From assembly GCA_964637775.1 (NCBI GenBank), contig CAZWWX010000005.1:18277-82276 (forward strand): DNA of 64,000 bases. Direction: 5' to 3'. Shown here in pieces: positions 1 through 9,182 of the stretch. The stretch comes from an uncultured Bacillales bacterium. GTDB lineage: Bacteria; Bacillota; Bacilli; Tepidibacillales; Tepidibacillaceae. The notes beneath the pieces were generated by a model. The model made no database searches. It saw only the letters and a program-made list of their open reading frames with translations, and had not been told where the DNA came from. Position numbers and translations under genes: made by a program. The stretch's first letter is position 1; each line of letters starts with the position of its first letter.

Positions 1-1137
1 TTCCGCAAGCGCATTCAGACCATCAGCATCAATGACCAGCGGACAGCCAATATTCTTGAGCAAAAGCTCCAAGACAGCTCTTTCGTCTGACCAGCGACCT
101 ACTCCACACCCATAACAGGCTGCTGAGTATTTGCGACCGTCTTTCATAAATCTTACTAAATCTATATGACCAAGAAAACCTTCCTCCACATCTGCCACAC
201 CAACAAATAAGGCCTCAGGCAAATAACTAAATATTAGCGGTCTAATCGAATCTGGCGCAACCATCGTCACTAGCCCCGCCCCCACCCGCATAGCAGCCTT
301 AGCGGCCAGCGCCGGTGCTCCCGGCATATCGCGCGACCCACCAACTACAAGTGCGTGTCCGTGACTGCCTTTGTGTGAGTCTTTGGCGCGTTTGGGAATC
401 GCGTTAGCAACCATTGCCGGTGTTATAAGTTTTAACAAAAGATTTGCATTATCAATATGGTCATTATCAATATACTCACTATCAACATATTGCTCAGGAA
501 TTCCAATATCAACCACGACAAGCTCACCTGTATATTCACTACCGACATCTAAAAAATGCCCTCTTTTAGCCAGTGCAAAAGTTATCGTCAGATCTGCCCT
601 AAAAGCAATGCCCGCTACTTCACCGGTATCAGCATTAAGGCCAGTCGTTATATCAAGAGCAACCCGCTTGGCGCGAGATTGGTTTAATTTTTCTATCAAA
701 CTCGGCAACGGGTCACGTAAATTACCACGACTCCCAATGCCGATAATTCCGTCAACTATAATATGATAGCGATCAAAGTCGCTCGCTTCAGTGAGTTCAT
801 TTGCACCAATAAATTGCGTCTTAATACCCACATTATGTAGTAATTCTAATTTCTCCTTACAAGTCGCTGACAATTGAGAAACTGAACCGATTAACCAGCT
901 GTCAACCTCGTAACCTAATTCTTGCAACCTACGTGCAACAACCAGTCCGTCACCGCCGTTATGGCCTTGTCCACTGATTACGAGGACATTCCGATACTCA
1001 GCGGCACTATACCGCTCACTAATCACTCGCGTAGCACCACTGCCGGCATTTTCCATCAGCTCTCCTGCCGGCATACCTGCTTCGCGAATTGTCCGTTCAT
1101 CTAATCGTCTCATTTCATCAGCAGTGACAAGTAACAT
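1..1137 (-). CDS. nnr: NAD(P)H-hydrate repair enzyme Nnr (YjeF-N epimerase + ADP-dependent dehydratase); C-terminus runs off the window start
   Basis: Not in ORF track (no stop inside window). Own minus-strand translation from ATG 1137-1135: MLLVTADEMRRLDERTIREAGMPAGELMENAGSGATRVI..VISGQGHNGGDGLVVARRL (YjeF-N motif), later GHALVVGGSRDMPGAPALAA (carbohydrate-kinase part). Frame open to base 1. 20-nt overlap with acpS stop. Confidence 0.85.
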   Translation of the reverse strand, partial: MLLVTADEMRRLDERTIREAGMPAGELMENAGSGATRVISERYSAAEYRNVLVISGQGHNGGDGLVVARRLQELGYEVDSWLIGSVSQLSATCKEKLELLHNVGIKTQFIGANELTEASDFDRYHIIVDGIIGIGSRGNLRDPLPSLIEKLNQSRAKRVALDITTGLNADTGEVAGIAFRADLTITFALAKRGHFLDVGSEYTGELVVVDIGIPEQYVDSEYIDNDHIDNANLLLKLITPAMVANAIPKRAKDSHKGSHGHALVVGGSRDMPGAPALAAKAAMRVGAGLVTMVAPDSIRPLIFSYLPEALFVGVADVEEGFLGHIDLVRFMKDGRKYSAACYGCGVGRWSDERAVLELLLKNIGCPLVIDADGLNALAE

Positions 1138-1546
1138 TGGGCTTACCTCCATTAGGATTGCCTTCTTCAATAATTACCTGTGCAAGGGCAAAATCTTCCG
1201 TATGCGAAATGCTTAGATGATAAACCCATAATTTATCCTGCCTGCTCTCATCTCGAACATTTCCCAGAAAATTTATATAAGGCTTCCCGCAAAGTAGCGC
1301 TAAAATCTCGATATCCTGCCAACGCAGGTTTTTTCCGATTCCCGTGCCGAGCGCTTTTGAGAAAGCCTCTTTGGCGGCGTATCGCCCGGCGATGTACTCC
1401 GCTCTTCTTTTGTGATTTTCAGGAATCAATGCCTGCTCATTCTCAGTAAATACACGTTTAAGAAAGCCGCTCTCATTTCGTTCGAGCAGCTTTCTTATTC
1501 GATTAATTTCAATCAGGTCGATACCTGTTCCATAAATCATCTGCAT
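1118..1546 (-). CDS. acpS: holo-[acyl-carrier-protein] synthase
   Basis: ORF-track protein IYGTGIDLIEINRIRKLL..AGRYAAKEAFSKALGTGIG..SISHTEDFALAQVIIE is typical AcpS. Start could be the second Met (1540). Confidence 0.9.
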   Translation of the reverse strand: MQMIYGTGIDLIEINRIRKLLERNESGFLKRVFTENEQALIPENHKRRAEYIAGRYAAKEAFSKALGTGIGKNLRWQDIEILALLCGKPYINFLGNVRDESRQDKLWVYHLSISHTEDFALAQVIIEEGNPNGGKPNVTCHC

Positions 1547-1578
1547 TACCTCTTGAGCCTATTATAGCACAGAATAAC

Positions 1579-2256
1579 CTAGTTTAATCCCTGCTTTTTA
1601 CGCGCAAGATAACCAACACCAACTACACCGACTGTAACCAGAGCAGTAAAGACCCAATCAAATTTTCCGAGCAGATAAAAAACGTGCTCATGCATAAAGA
1701 TATCTGTAACAATCATCTTACCGGCTACATAGGCAATAACTGCCGCACCGATATAAATAATGATTGGATAACGGTCGATAAACTTCAAAATTATCGTGCT
1801 ACCGAATACAATAATCGGAATGCTGATTAACAGACCAAGAACAACCAACCCAATATGTCCATCAGCGGCACCGGCTACAGCCAACACATTATCGATACCC
1901 ATTAATAGATCTGCCATAATAATCGTACGAATAGCAGCACCTAAACTTTCCTTAGACTCAACCGTTTCCTCGTGTTCACTTTTGTCGTACAGCAATTTAA
2001 AGGCAATCCAGATAAGCAGAATACCACCGACAAATTTTAGAAGCGGGATCTGTAGTAACCATACCGCGATAATTGTCATTAGGATACGCACGACAATCGC
2101 ACCAAGTACACCCCAGGCGATTGCCTTTTTCCGCTGATGCTTCGGAAGTTTGCGCGTCGCAAGTGCAATTAATATCGCATTGTCTCCTCCAAGCACTAAG
2201 TCGATTAATATGATACTGATTAATCCGCTAAAAAAATCTGATGAAAGAAAATCCAT
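1579..2256 (-). CDS. TerC-family integral membrane protein (YkoY/YjbE-like, putative Mn/metal exporter)
   Basis: Protein has duplicated DNAILIA / DNVLAVA TerC motifs. ORF-track TTG start at 2277 lies on the SD; GGAGG + 8 nt precedes ATG at 2256 (MDFLSSDFF). Sits directly behind a yybP-ykoY riboswitch. Confidence 0.85.
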   Translation of the reverse strand: MDFLSSDFFSGLISIILIDLVLGGDNAILIALATRKLPKHQRKKAIAWGVLGAIVVRILMTIIAVWLLQIPLLKFVGGILLIWIAFKLLYDKSEHEETVESKESLGAAIRTIIMADLLMGIDNVLAVAGAADGHIGLVVLGLLISIPIIVFGSTIILKFIDRYPIIIYIGAAVIAYVAGKMIVTDIFMHEHVFYLLGKFDWVFTALVTVGVVGVGYLARKKQGLN

Positions 2257-2302
2257 CAACAACCCCTCCAATTGCAATTTTTGCTTAGGGCTCAGATAAA
2301 AA

Positions 2303-2430
2303 TAAAAAAGACCTTTATCTAATACCCAAATTAGATAAAGGTCTTGCTAACAACATAAGTTCGTTGCCGGTAAAGCCGGGGATACATCCCGTACTGACGA
2401 CTTTGCCGCTTAATAGCTACTCCCCTTCAA
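2303..2430 (-). promoter_or_regulatory. yybP-ykoY (Mn2+) riboswitch with intrinsic terminator
   Basis: Minus strand reads GAAGGGGAGTAGCTATTAAGCGGCAAAGTCGTCAGTACGGGATGTATCCCCGGCTTTACCGGCAACGAACTTATGTTGTTAGCAAGACC. The GGGGAGTAG core is conserved. It is followed by hairpin AGACCTTTATCTAA/TTAGATAAAGGTCT plus a T-run, which overlaps the 3' aptamer strand. Confidence 0.75.
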
Positions 2431-2437
2431 TAACCAG

Positions 2438-2466
2438 AATTTATCATTTTTCTTGTAAACTGTCAA
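2438..2466 (-). promoter_or_regulatory. sigma-A type promoter for riboswitch-TerC unit
   Basis: Minus strand: TTGACA, 17 nt, TAAATT, immediately upstream of the riboswitch. Confidence 0.5.
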
Positions 2467-2580
2467 TATGTTTCTATATTTGTTACAGAAATGTATTATT
2501 TAGCCCTCCGCTGATATTTCTTACTATAAACTGTTATAATTAAGAAAGATTTATATTCTAATTCATTAGGAGTGATAATA

Positions 2581-3237
2581 ATGAGCGAAATGAATATTTC
2601 ATCGGTGGGTCGCAGACTCTTTTATAGCCTGGGTTCAATGATCTTAGTAATTCTAATATTAGTTGCCGGGATTGTTACCCTACTCTCATACGGTCCCGGT
2701 CCAAGCCTACCGCGCGGGTTAACAGGTATCGCGTTATTTTTAATTGCTATTTTCTTAATTTGGTACACACTTGACGGTAAAAAAGTCGTTGCAACGACTT
2801 GGGCGGGCATCGTTGCCGGCATGTTCAGTTGGATTTCAATCGGCGAAGTTTCACCACACTTTGGCTTTCCGGAAATTGAAGCCGAAAGAGGTTTTATCTT
2901 ACTAATATTCCTTTCAACAATTACGCTTTTTCTCGCTATGAAGAAAAAGTTACCATTCGCATTTATGGTCTTTCTATCAGTCTTTCTTTTTAACTGGTGG
3001 GGCCATTCAGTTCTGTTAGTCCAAGACTTTATAGGCAAAACTATTAACGAGCCAATTTTTGAACTTACATATCAGATAACCGGCTATATCTTTGCACTCG
3101 CTTTTCTCTGGTTGCTCTACATCATAATCCGAAAACCAGCACCAAAGACTCGCCTTATCTATTACGGATTCTTGCTATATTTCTTCTTAGTAACGGGAAT
3201 TGAAGGTATTACAAGTATTTCCTCTACATTTAGCTAA
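2581..3237 (+). CDS. hypothetical polytopic membrane protein
   Basis: ORF-track frame 2572..3237 is highly hydrophobic with about 6 predicted helices. AGGAG + 8 nt precedes ATG at 2581 (MSEMNISS). No family recognised. Confidence 0.6.
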   Translation: MSEMNISSVGRRLFYSLGSMILVILILVAGIVTLLSYGPGPSLPRGLTGIALFLIAIFLIWYTLDGKKVVATTWAGIVAGMFSWISIGEVSPHFGFPEIEAERGFILLIFLSTITLFLAMKKKLPFAFMVFLSVFLFNWWGHSVLLVQDFIGKTINEPIFELTYQITGYIFALAFLWLLYIIIRKPAPKTRLIYYGFLLYFFLVTGIEGITSISSTFS

Positions 3238-3267
3238 ATAGTAACGTGCACCTAACTATTTAACAAC

Positions 3268-3306
3268 AAAAAAGGCTGCGAATCATAACGCAGCCTTTAT
3301 TTTTTC
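3268..3306. terminator. bidirectional rho-independent terminator
   Basis: AAAGGCTGCG-aatcataa-CGCAGCCTTT with an A-run on the left and a T-run on the right. The glmM stop codon lies in the loop. Confidence 0.65.
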
Positions 3307-4668
3307 AATCAACTCTTTTAGAACAAGTTCGATCTGCTCGCGGTCGACACCCTCAACCATCACGCGGAGTAGCGGCTCCGTCCCTGACAGGCGCACCAGC
3401 ACCCGCCCATCCGGACCAAGATGCTTGTTAGCTTCCACAATTGCAGCGTCAATTTCATTATTGTTATAAAATTTGGCGCGATCATTAATTCGTAGATTTT
3501 CCAGCAATTGTGGGTATTTGCGCATCTCGCCTGCGAGCGTTTCTAAACTCTCGCCACGCAGAACCACAACTTCTGCCAGCTTTAATGATGAAAGAATTCC
3601 ATCACCTGTTGTATTACAATCTAAAAATATCAAATGCCCCGACTGTTCACCACCAAGGTTATAACCATTAGCAACCATCTCTTCTAACACATAGCGGTCA
3701 CCAACACGGGTCTGACTTGTAGCAATCCCGATCTCTTCAAGGCTACGATGAAAACCAAGATTGCTCATCACCGTGCAGACGATTGTCTGTTTATTTAACT
3801 TGCCGTGACGAGCTAAATCTTTGCCACAGATATAGAGCAACTGATCACCATCAATTACCTCACCACTCCCAGCTACAGCTAACAAGCGGTCAGCGTCTCC
3901 ATCATAAGCAAAACCCAAGTCAGCCTTTTCAGCAAGTACTTTGTCAATCAATCCTTCAAGATGCGTTGAACCGCAACGCTCATTAATATTAAAACCATTA
4001 GGTTCATTATTAATCACAATAACCTCTGCACCTAAATCGCGGAATACGCGTGGCGCCAATTCATAAGCAGCACCATTCGCAGTGTCCATCACAACGCGCA
4101 AGCCGTCTAGTCTGCTCTCAACACTACTCTCAAGAAAATCTGTATAGCGTTGAATCAACCCATCAGAATCAATCACACGATCGGCTGAGGCCGTTGCCAC
4201 ATTTATTTCATCAACTAAATCAGTTTCCACGGTTCCTGCAGCATCACCGGCAACTGTCGCTACATCACCGGCATCAAGTAGAGCCTCGATAGCAGCCTCC
4301 ACTTCGTCAGCAAGCTTCATACCACGCTCATCAAAGAACTTAATTCCATTATCATAATAAGGATTGTGCGAAGCGGAAATCATTACTCCCGCAGCGGCAT
4401 CCGTATTTTTCACAAGATAAGCAACTGCCGGAGTTGGGACAACTCCCAGTTTAATTACATTCGCTCCGGTCGCTAAAATACCAGCCACAAGCGCGTTCTC
4501 AAGTGATTCACCGGAAACTCGCGTATCTCTACCGATGAGCATCGTCGGCTGTGCGTGCTTTTCAGCTATAATTTGCGCGCCGGCTCTGCCTAGTCGATAT
4601 ACAAGTTCGGGCGTCAGAAATTCATTTGCTTTTCCGCGGACACCATCTGTTCCGAAATATTTCCCCAC
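3283..4668 (-). CDS. glmM: phosphoglucosamine mutase
   Basis: GKYFGTDGVRG N-terminus, active-site SASHNPYYDNGIKFF, GEQSGH. The ORF-track ATG at 4692 has no SD. A GTG at 4668 gives the canonical MGKYFGTDGVRG start, so either start is possible. Confidence 0.93.
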   Translation of the reverse strand: MGKYFGTDGVRGKANEFLTPELVYRLGRAGAQIIAEKHAQPTMLIGRDTRVSGESLENALVAGILATGANVIKLGVVPTPAVAYLVKNTDAAAGVMISASHNPYYDNGIKFFDERGMKLADEVEAAIEALLDAGDVATVAGDAAGTVETDLVDEINVATASADRVIDSDGLIQRYTDFLESSVESRLDGLRVVMDTANGAAYELAPRVFRDLGAEVIVINNEPNGFNINERCGSTHLEGLIDKVLAEKADLGFAYDGDADRLLAVAGSGEVIDGDQLLYICGKDLARHGKLNKQTIVCTVMSNLGFHRSLEEIGIATSQTRVGDRYVLEEMVANGYNLGGEQSGHLIFLDCNTTGDGILSSLKLAEVVVLRGESLETLAGEMRKYPQLLENLRINDRAKFYNNNEIDAAIVEANKHLGPDGRVLVRLSGTEPLLRVMVEGVDREQIELVLKELIEKIKAAL

Positions 4669-4690
4669 CTTTATCCACGCGCCCCTTTCC

Positions 4691-4722
4691 ATTACTCGTT
4701 ATTTATTACTCGTTATTTATTA
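4691..4722. repeat. 14-bp direct repeat x2.3 (ATTACTCGTTATTT) in the cdaR-glmM spacer
   Basis: Read directly: attactcgttattt attactcgttattt atta. Spans from the cdaR stop to the upstream glmM ATG. Confidence 0.8.
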
Positions 4723-5490
4723 TTCTTCAGTTTCAATTCCCTCATTATCGTTCTCGCCATTCTCATCTTCATCATTTTCATCACCCGGTTGATCTTCATC
4801 ATAAGGTGGAAATAAGATTAATTCTAAACTAACTAACACCCTGTCAGGTTTAATTCCTACAGAAACAAAATTACCATTCTTATCTAAGGCTCGCAGGCTA
4901 AGCTCCTGTGAAAGCGACTCAGTTGCGCCATCCACGTTAAGATAAGCCTTCACATAAGCAACCTGGTTAACTAGCGCTGCAGTTCCTGTTACGTGCACTT
5001 TTTCCGGCGCTACAGTCATTGCTCCCACAATAACTCCGGTTGCCGGAGTTCCAAGATTTTCAATAGTAACTATCATCTCTTTCGAGTGTCTCTGCTCAAT
5101 GACCACCTGTGCTGTTTTTGGCTCGATTGTCACAGTGGCGCCTTTAGGAAAACCGGAAAACTTAATATCCGCATTGACAACACCCGGCTCCAGATTAGTT
5201 AAGTCAACATAGATACTGCTATTAGCCATATTGATACCATCACGCACACTCTCAATGACCGAGGCGCTACCCTTAACCGTAACCAATACGGTATCAGCCT
5301 TTATGCTCGCATAGTACTGATTCTCATCGTAAACTGCTGTGATTTTTGTCTCATACGTATATTGAGTATCAATCGGTTTATTTGGCACCACAGAATCAGT
5401 TGGCGTCATCGTAACAACCAACCAGAGCATAGTCGCGAAAGCAACCGATATTACCTTCAGTACATTGGTATTATTTAGCCATTTATCCAT
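4720..5490 (-). CDS. cdaR: CdaR (YbbR-domain regulator of diadenylate cyclase) with acidic C-terminal tail
   Basis: Lies between cdaA and glmM. N-terminal TM helix followed by repeated beta-rich YbbR-like segments. Likely start is MDKWLNNTN (5490), giving an 8-nt overlap with the cdaA stop. Tail is DEDQPGDENDEDENGENDNEGIETEE. Confidence 0.8.
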   Translation of the reverse strand: MDKWLNNTNVLKVISVAFATMLWLVVTMTPTDSVVPNKPIDTQYTYETKITAVYDENQYYASIKADTVLVTVKGSASVIESVRDGINMANSSIYVDLTNLEPGVVNADIKFSGFPKGATVTIEPKTAQVVIEQRHSKEMIVTIENLGTPATGVIVGAMTVAPEKVHVTGTAALVNQVAYVKAYLNVDGATESLSQELSLRALDKNGNFVSVGIKPDRVLVSLELILFPPYDEDQPGDENDEDENGENDNEGIETEE

Positions 5491-6292
5491 TCTTTTTCCA
5501 CCTCTTCCGCCAGAATTTATAGTACTTGGTGGAACTTTCTTCACTAAGCTCGGATAGCAATAATTGTCTTAAACTATCTTCATTTAAACCACGAATAATC
5601 TTACCGTCAATCGTTACGGAAACTGTACCCGTCTCTTCCGAAGCAATAATTGTAATCGCATCAGAAACCTCACTAATGCCAATTGCAGCACGGTGTCTGG
5701 ATCCGAGTTCCTTGCTTACGTACGGGCTTTGCGTCAGCGGTAAATAGCTCGCAGCCGATAAAATCTTACCATTTCTAATAATAACAGCTCCATCATGCAA
5801 AGGTGCATTCAGCATAAAAATATTGATTAACATCTCCGAACTGAGATCAGCATTCAGCACAGTTCCCGTCTCCTTATATTCGTCAAGACCTATCATTCGC
5901 TCCATCACTATTAGCGCGCCAATCTTGCGTTTTGAAAAATAAAATACCGCATCGATAATTTTGTTAATCATAATTGCTGTTTCGTTTTCTCTCGTCGCAT
6001 AAGCACTCTTAAAGAAGCTACCACTACCCAACTTTTCCAGTGCGCGCCTTAGCTCCGGTTGGAAAATGATAATGATTGCCAGAACCCCATATGTAAATGT
6101 TTGTGACATCAGCCATTGCAGAGTCTTTAACTCAAAAAAGGCACTCAAAAGCCAGGCAATAATAACAATCATTATCCCCTTGATCAGCTGAATTGCCCTA
6201 GTCCCGCGCAGCAACATCAATAATTTATAAATTATGTAACTAACGATAAGAATGTCCAGTACTACGACCAACACAGAAAGCGGAAACTCCAC
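5483..6292 (-). CDS. cdaA: diadenylate cyclase CdaA (c-di-AMP synthase)
   Basis: Three N-terminal TM helices plus a DAC domain: GALIVMER..DGAVIIRNGKILSAASYLPL..RHRAAIGISEVSDAITIIASEETGTVS. Confidence 0.93.
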   Translation of the reverse strand: MEFPLSVLVVVLDILIVSYIIYKLLMLLRGTRAIQLIKGIMIVIIAWLLSAFFELKTLQWLMSQTFTYGVLAIIIIFQPELRRALEKLGSGSFFKSAYATRENETAIMINKIIDAVFYFSKRKIGALIVMERMIGLDEYKETGTVLNADLSSEMLINIFMLNAPLHDGAVIIRNGKILSAASYLPLTQSPYVSKELGSRHRAAIGISEVSDAITIIASEETGTVSVTIDGKIIRGLNEDSLRQLLLSELSEESSTKYYKFWRKRWKKNG

Positions 6293-6320
6293 CGGCTTCT
6301 CCCCCTATATCAAATTGCTC

Positions 6321-7109
6321 TTAGTCGAGCAGCTTTCCGCCTCCAATAATCGGCGGGAAATTAACCTCATCATAATTGACTACCTCATCCGCAGCTGGCT
6401 TCTGAAGTTTATTTGCAATACCTTCATTAATTTTCGTCAAATCGATCTCACCGCTAATCTGCAGTTGATCAGTGGAATCCTGTAGTGAAACACCTGCTTG
6501 AAAATTCAACTTGCGCAGATAATCATTTTTATCAAACACCAGCGTCGCGACAATCTCAGTCATTTCCGCAAACGGGCCAAAACCACTCATACGGTCCGTC
6601 CTAATCTCAATCGCTTCGTTCACTCTACCGGTTGCAAAACTGAACCCCTTTGTCTTCACGCGCACAACTTCGTCAGCACTAAGATTAGACACAGCGCCTA
6701 TCAGCCAGTCATAGAAACTTGTCTGCGACCCGGCATGGGCGGTGAACATTACATAGTCACGATTTAACTCCGGTATTTGTTCTTGCAATATTGCCGGAAC
6801 CTTAATATAGAGTTCACCATCTGTCACTAACATCGGAAAATCAACCAGCAAATTAACACCTTGCATAGTCGTAATAATCCGCACTTCGCTGTCAAGATAG
6901 AGCAGTCGCTGATCCAGCCTCCCTGTAAAAGAAAAAGTCGAATCCTCTGCCGGTGCGTTGAGCTTTCCGCTAAACTGCAGATCATTAATCGACTTGTTTT
7001 TAGTTAATGCTTGCTCCAAATAGTCATGCGCACTTATGCCACTGTTTCCACAGCCACTAACCGCCACTATTAGAACTATTATTAAAATAAGATAGATTAC
7101 ACGTTTCAT
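6321..7109 (-). CDS. hypothetical lipoprotein
   Basis: Lipobox signal MKRVIYLILIIVLIVAVSGCGNS. No family recognised. Confidence 0.65.
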   Translation of the reverse strand: MKRVIYLILIIVLIVAVSGCGNSGISAHDYLEQALTKNKSINDLQFSGKLNAPAEDSTFSFTGRLDQRLLYLDSEVRIITTMQGVNLLVDFPMLVTDGELYIKVPAILQEQIPELNRDYVMFTAHAGSQTSFYDWLIGAVSNLSADEVVRVKTKGFSFATGRVNEAIEIRTDRMSGFGPFAEMTEIVATLVFDKNDYLRKLNFQAGVSLQDSTDQLQISGEIDLTKINEGIANKLQKPAADEVVNYDEVNFPPIIGGGKLLD

Positions 7110-7180
7110 CAGAATCCTCTGCCTCTATAAAATCTTTCCTATTCTATTCTACACTTTTCTGTTATATTTTGCTTTAAAAA

Positions 7181-7954
7181 TTATAGTGTCTTTGCGAGTT
7201 CTTGCATAATCTCTTGTTTATACTGCATAAATTCCTCAGTAACCATCACTTCCGCAGCTCGTGGTCGCGGTAGATCGATTGTGAACTCCGCCACTACTCG
7301 TGCCGGTCGTGCCGAAAATAAATAGATTCGATCTGACAAATAGATTGCCTCATCGACACTATGCGTCACAAATAAGACCATTGACTTAAAGCGCTCCCAG
7401 ATTCCCAGCAACCATTGTTGCATCTGCATTCGCGTAATTTCATCCAATGCTGAGAATGGCTCATCAAGCAACAGCAACTCATTTTTCAACAAAAGTGTGC
7501 GGAGCAGAGCAGCACGCGACCGCATTCCACCCGAAAGCATGTGCGGAAATTGTTGCTCAAAACCCGACAGACCAAAGACGGCGAGATATTCGTTTGCCTT
7601 TTCTCTGCTCTCTTTTTTGCTGTATCCTTTGATTTCGAGACCGAGAATAATGTTATCAATTACCGTCCGCCACGGTAATAGATGATCTTGCTGCGGCATA
7701 TAGCTGATAACCCCTTTGCGGGCGATAATCGACTCTCCGTTTAATAAAATCTCTCCTGCGGAAGGCTGCTCAATGCCACTAATAATATTGAACAAGGTGC
7801 TCTTACCGGATCCGGACGGACCGATAATCGAAACGAATTCACCCGGATTAACAGTAAGCGAGATGTTATCCAGCGTATCAAAAGTACCACCGGTAACCAG
7901 CGGATAGACTTTGTCTAAATTATTAATAATCAGCCCATCATTGTTTTTTGTCAT
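7181..7954 (-). CDS. ABC transporter ATP-binding protein (NitT/TauT family, ThiZ-like)
   Basis: Walker A GPSGSGKST, signature LSGGMRSRAAL, Walker B LLLLDEPFSALD. Last gene of the TPP-riboswitch operon. Confidence 0.9.
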   Translation of the reverse strand: MTKNNDGLIINNLDKVYPLVTGGTFDTLDNISLTVNPGEFVSIIGPSGSGKSTLFNIISGIEQPSAGEILLNGESIIARKGVISYMPQQDHLLPWRTVIDNIILGLEIKGYSKKESREKANEYLAVFGLSGFEQQFPHMLSGGMRSRAALLRTLLLKNELLLLDEPFSALDEITRMQMQQWLLGIWERFKSMVLFVTHSVDEAIYLSDRIYLFSARPARVVAEFTIDLPRPRAAEVMVTEEFMQYKQEIMQELAKTL

Positions 7955-8054
7955 TAGACCTTACCTCGTCTCTCCTCAACTTCGCTACAGGCTTCCAATG
8001 TCACCACTGATTGCTCGCTTTATCATTCACCTAATCGCTCACTTAATTACTCGC

Positions 8055-9083
8055 TTAATCGCCGGCTCCCGGTAAAAATTGATTAGTAAACGCCTCTTCA
8101 ACCGGGAATAGCTTATCGATCAACTCATACTGATACATCCAATTGGTGTAGTTTTCCCAGACTTCTGCCTTTTGTATACCCCACACAGGTGCGTCATCCT
8201 GATATTTTTCACTCAACCACAATTGACTCTTCAACACTAAATCACGGTCCAATCCGGAAACGCTGTTCGTTAGAATCTCTGCAGACTCTGTTGGATTAGC
8301 AATTGCGTACTCATACCCCTTCGCTGTTGCCTCCATGAACTTGCTAACTAAATCCGGTTTGTCGGATATCATTTTGTCATTCGTTATAATCACCGGTGTA
8401 TAATAGTCCAGCTCTGGCGACAGTTCTCTCAACTCAATAAAGTTGATTGGATAATTACGAAGCTCAGCCTCAATGCCGGCCCAACCGTAGAAAATCCATT
8501 GGAAATCAATCTTGCCGCTCTCTGTCGCTGTAAAGAAATCTGCAGCGCCGGCGTTGATAAAGTTGACTTTGCTAAAATCTGCTCCTTCACTCATCATAAT
8601 TGACTGCATTACGGCTGTTTCCATCGGCGTACCCCAACCACCGTAGTTGCGACCTTCAAAGTCTTTAGAGGATGTTATGTTAAGACTAACAGGCGATGCA
8701 TACCCGGAAGTATTGTGCTGAATAATAGTGGCAATTGACACAACCGGAATTGATTGCGAGCGCGCATAAGTAACCTCTTCTTGGTAGCTGATACCGAATT
8801 CTGCTTTGCCGGAGGCAATTAGTTGCGGTGTACTGCCTTCGGAAGCTTGTATAATCTCTACCTTAAGACCTTGCTCTTCATAATAACCCTTTTTAAGTGC
8901 AACATAGAGTCCGGTGTGATTTGTGTTCGGCGTCCAGTCCAACATCACCGTAATTTTTTCCGGTCTGTCAGCAGTACAACCACCAAGCGGCATCAGTGCT
9001 AAACTAATAATTAATGCGAAAACAAGCACCATCAACACACTGCTCTTTGCAGTTTTTCTCATAACCTTTTTCTCATGATTCAT
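8055..9083 (-). CDS. ABC substrate-binding lipoprotein, NMT1/THI5 (ThiY-like) family
   Basis: KITVMLDWTPNTNHTGLYVALKKGYYEEQGLKVEI is the NMT1/THI5 signature. Lipobox LMPLGGC. GGAGAGGTG + 6 nt precedes ATG at 9083 (the ORF-track GTG at 9092 lies inside the SD). Confidence 0.88.
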   Translation of the reverse strand: MNHEKKVMRKTAKSSVLMVLVFALIISLALMPLGGCTADRPEKITVMLDWTPNTNHTGLYVALKKGYYEEQGLKVEIIQASEGSTPQLIASGKAEFGISYQEEVTYARSQSIPVVSIATIIQHNTSGYASPVSLNITSSKDFEGRNYGGWGTPMETAVMQSIMMSEGADFSKVNFINAGAADFFTATESGKIDFQWIFYGWAGIEAELRNYPINFIELRELSPELDYYTPVIITNDKMISDKPDLVSKFMEATAKGYEYAIANPTESAEILTNSVSGLDRDLVLKSQLWLSEKYQDDAPVWGIQKAEVWENYTNWMYQYELIDKLFPVEEAFTNQFLPGAGD

Positions 9084-9102
9084 CAATAACACCTCTCCAT
9101 CA

Positions 9103-9150
9103 TTTTTTCTGTATTTAATTTTTTCTGTATTTAATTTTTTCTGTATTTAA
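9103..9150. repeat. perfect 16-bp tandem repeat x3 (TTTTTTCTGTATTTAA)
   Basis: Read directly at 9103-9118, 9119-9134 and 9135-9150, followed by a degenerate copy. Lies in the intra-operon spacer between the permease stop and the binding-protein start. Confidence 0.9.
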
Positions 9151-9182
9151 CTTTTACTGTTGTACCTTGTATTATTTAGTTA

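Noticed and set aside
9103-9150. The 16-bp x3 repeat as a CRISPR array
   Set aside because: The copies are directly adjacent with no spacers, the unit is too short and AT-rich, and there are no cas genes. It is a simple tandem repeat.
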